A DNA stretch of 32,000 nucleotides, from NCBI RefSeq assembly GCF_014280195.1, contig NZ_CP047960.1, positions 1,050,001-1,082,000 of the forward strand. The letters are read 5' to 3'. The translations under genes were made by a program, and so were the position numbers. Under the pieces are notes generated by a model. That model was not told where the DNA came from and searched no databases. It saw only the letters and a list, made by a program, of their open reading frames with translations. Source of the DNA: Synechococcus sp. A15-24. Lineage in GTDB: Bacteria > Cyanobacteriota > Cyanobacteriia > PCC-6307 > Cyanobiaceae. Below, in pieces: positions 31,566 through 32,000 of the stretch (positions within the stretch are counted from its first letter, which is position 1; every line of letters starts with the position of its first letter).

Positions 31566-32000
31566 GTGACTTCAGGATCGGAAGGGTCGGAGAAAACGTC
31601 GTCTCCTCAATCGTTACCGAGCTTGTTCGGAGAGAAACCGAAGTCCGTCAGTTATTCGAGCTTGCTGGAACAGATCCGCAACGGTGACGTCAGCACGCTT
31701 GAAATGGTTCCAGCACGCCGTGAAGTTCGGGTGACCTACCCCGATGGAACCAAATCCACCGTCAGCATTTTTGTTAACGATCAGCAGATTCTCAGGGCCG
31801 CCGAGGCTTCGGCCACACCTCTCACGGTGCGAGATATCCGTGGTGAACAGGCCATGGCCGGTCTGCTGGGGAACCTTGGACTCGTCCTGCTCCTGGTGGT
31901 GGGGCTGTCGTTCCTGTTGCGTCGATCCGCCCAGATGGCCAACCGTGCCCTTGGTTTCGGCCGCAGTCAGCCACGGCTGAAGCCCCAGGAGGATCTTCAG
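31566..32000 (+). CDS. ftsH: ATP-dependent zinc metalloprotease FtsH, N-terminal part (continues beyond window)
   Basis: Own translation of the open frame to the window end: ...KSVSYSSLLEQIRNGDVSTLEMVPARREVRVTYPDG...LTVRDIRGEQAMAGLLGNLGLVLLLVVGLSFLLRRSAQMANRALGFGRSQPRL. This is the FtsH extracytoplasmic domain, TM helix and FGKSKA-like segment. Start (GTG 31566) is a guess. Confidence 0.75.
   Translation, partial: MTSGSEGSEKTSSPQSLPSLFGEKPKSVSYSSLLEQIRNGDVSTLEMVPARREVRVTYPDGTKSTVSIFVNDQQILRAAEASATPLTVRDIRGEQAMAGLLGNLGLVLLLVVGLSFLLRRSAQMANRALGFGRSQPRLKPQEDLQ

Noticed and set aside
31325-31687. ORFs 31325..31558 (-) and 31424..31687 (+)
   Set aside because: They are off-frame relative to rpmF (clear L32 sequence) and to the FtsH N-terminal frame.
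1-32000. Search for tRNA/rRNA genes, CRISPR arrays, IS elements, integrases, phage or defence genes
   Set aside because: All intergenic gaps are under 180 bp and none folds into an obvious cloverleaf. I saw no regularly spaced direct repeats and no transposase/integrase-like ORF. Absence is by eye only; tRNAscan/Infernal/ISfinder-type scans would confirm it.

Overview
Gene-dense, high-GC chromosomal segment that reads like a marine Synechococcus-type picocyanobacterium (psb30/ycf12, acsF, ycf20-like, cbbY-like, plant-type glycerate kinase, Ctp protease, DUF2808/DUF2996-type cyanobacterial proteins). I support 37 coding features. Six are missing from the supplied ORF track because they are short or cut by the window edge: SGNH hydrolase 1..624, a 54-aa membrane peptide 8622..8786, a 54-aa NblA-like peptide 17029..17193, psb30 27225..27332, rpmF 31303..31479 and the ftsH 5' part 31566..32000. 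Many neighbours are translationally coupled (ATGA/TGATG overlaps or 2-3 nt gaps). I saw no rRNA, tRNA, CRISPR array, transposase/integrase, or recognisable defence or toxin-antitoxin module, so most of the window looks like ordinary core genome and I cannot point to a clear-cut novel system. Worth a second look: (1) a terC, Cys-rich DUF6464-like, archaeal-type DUF120/CTP-dependent-riboflavin-kinase-like gene string, whose last member is split by a 1-nt frameshift in a C5 run; (2) an RNase II/R-family protein whose RNB catalytic residues are all replaced (pseudonuclease); (3) a ykgJ Cys-cluster gene overlapping a split pair of half-size UPF0016/GDT1 transporter genes; (4) an aminotransferase-phnDCE-SGNH hydrolase unit with no C-P cleavage gene and with G9/C8 homopolymers inside phnE/phnC; (5) a zinc-ribbon membrane peptide coupled to a 290-aa His-rich unknown; (6) two low-GC patches (3' end of ctp; DUF2808 gene plus AT-rich spacer); (7) a cbbY-ycf20-glycerate kinase string. 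All functional calls rest on motif recognition by eye and on remembered family signatures, not on database searches.
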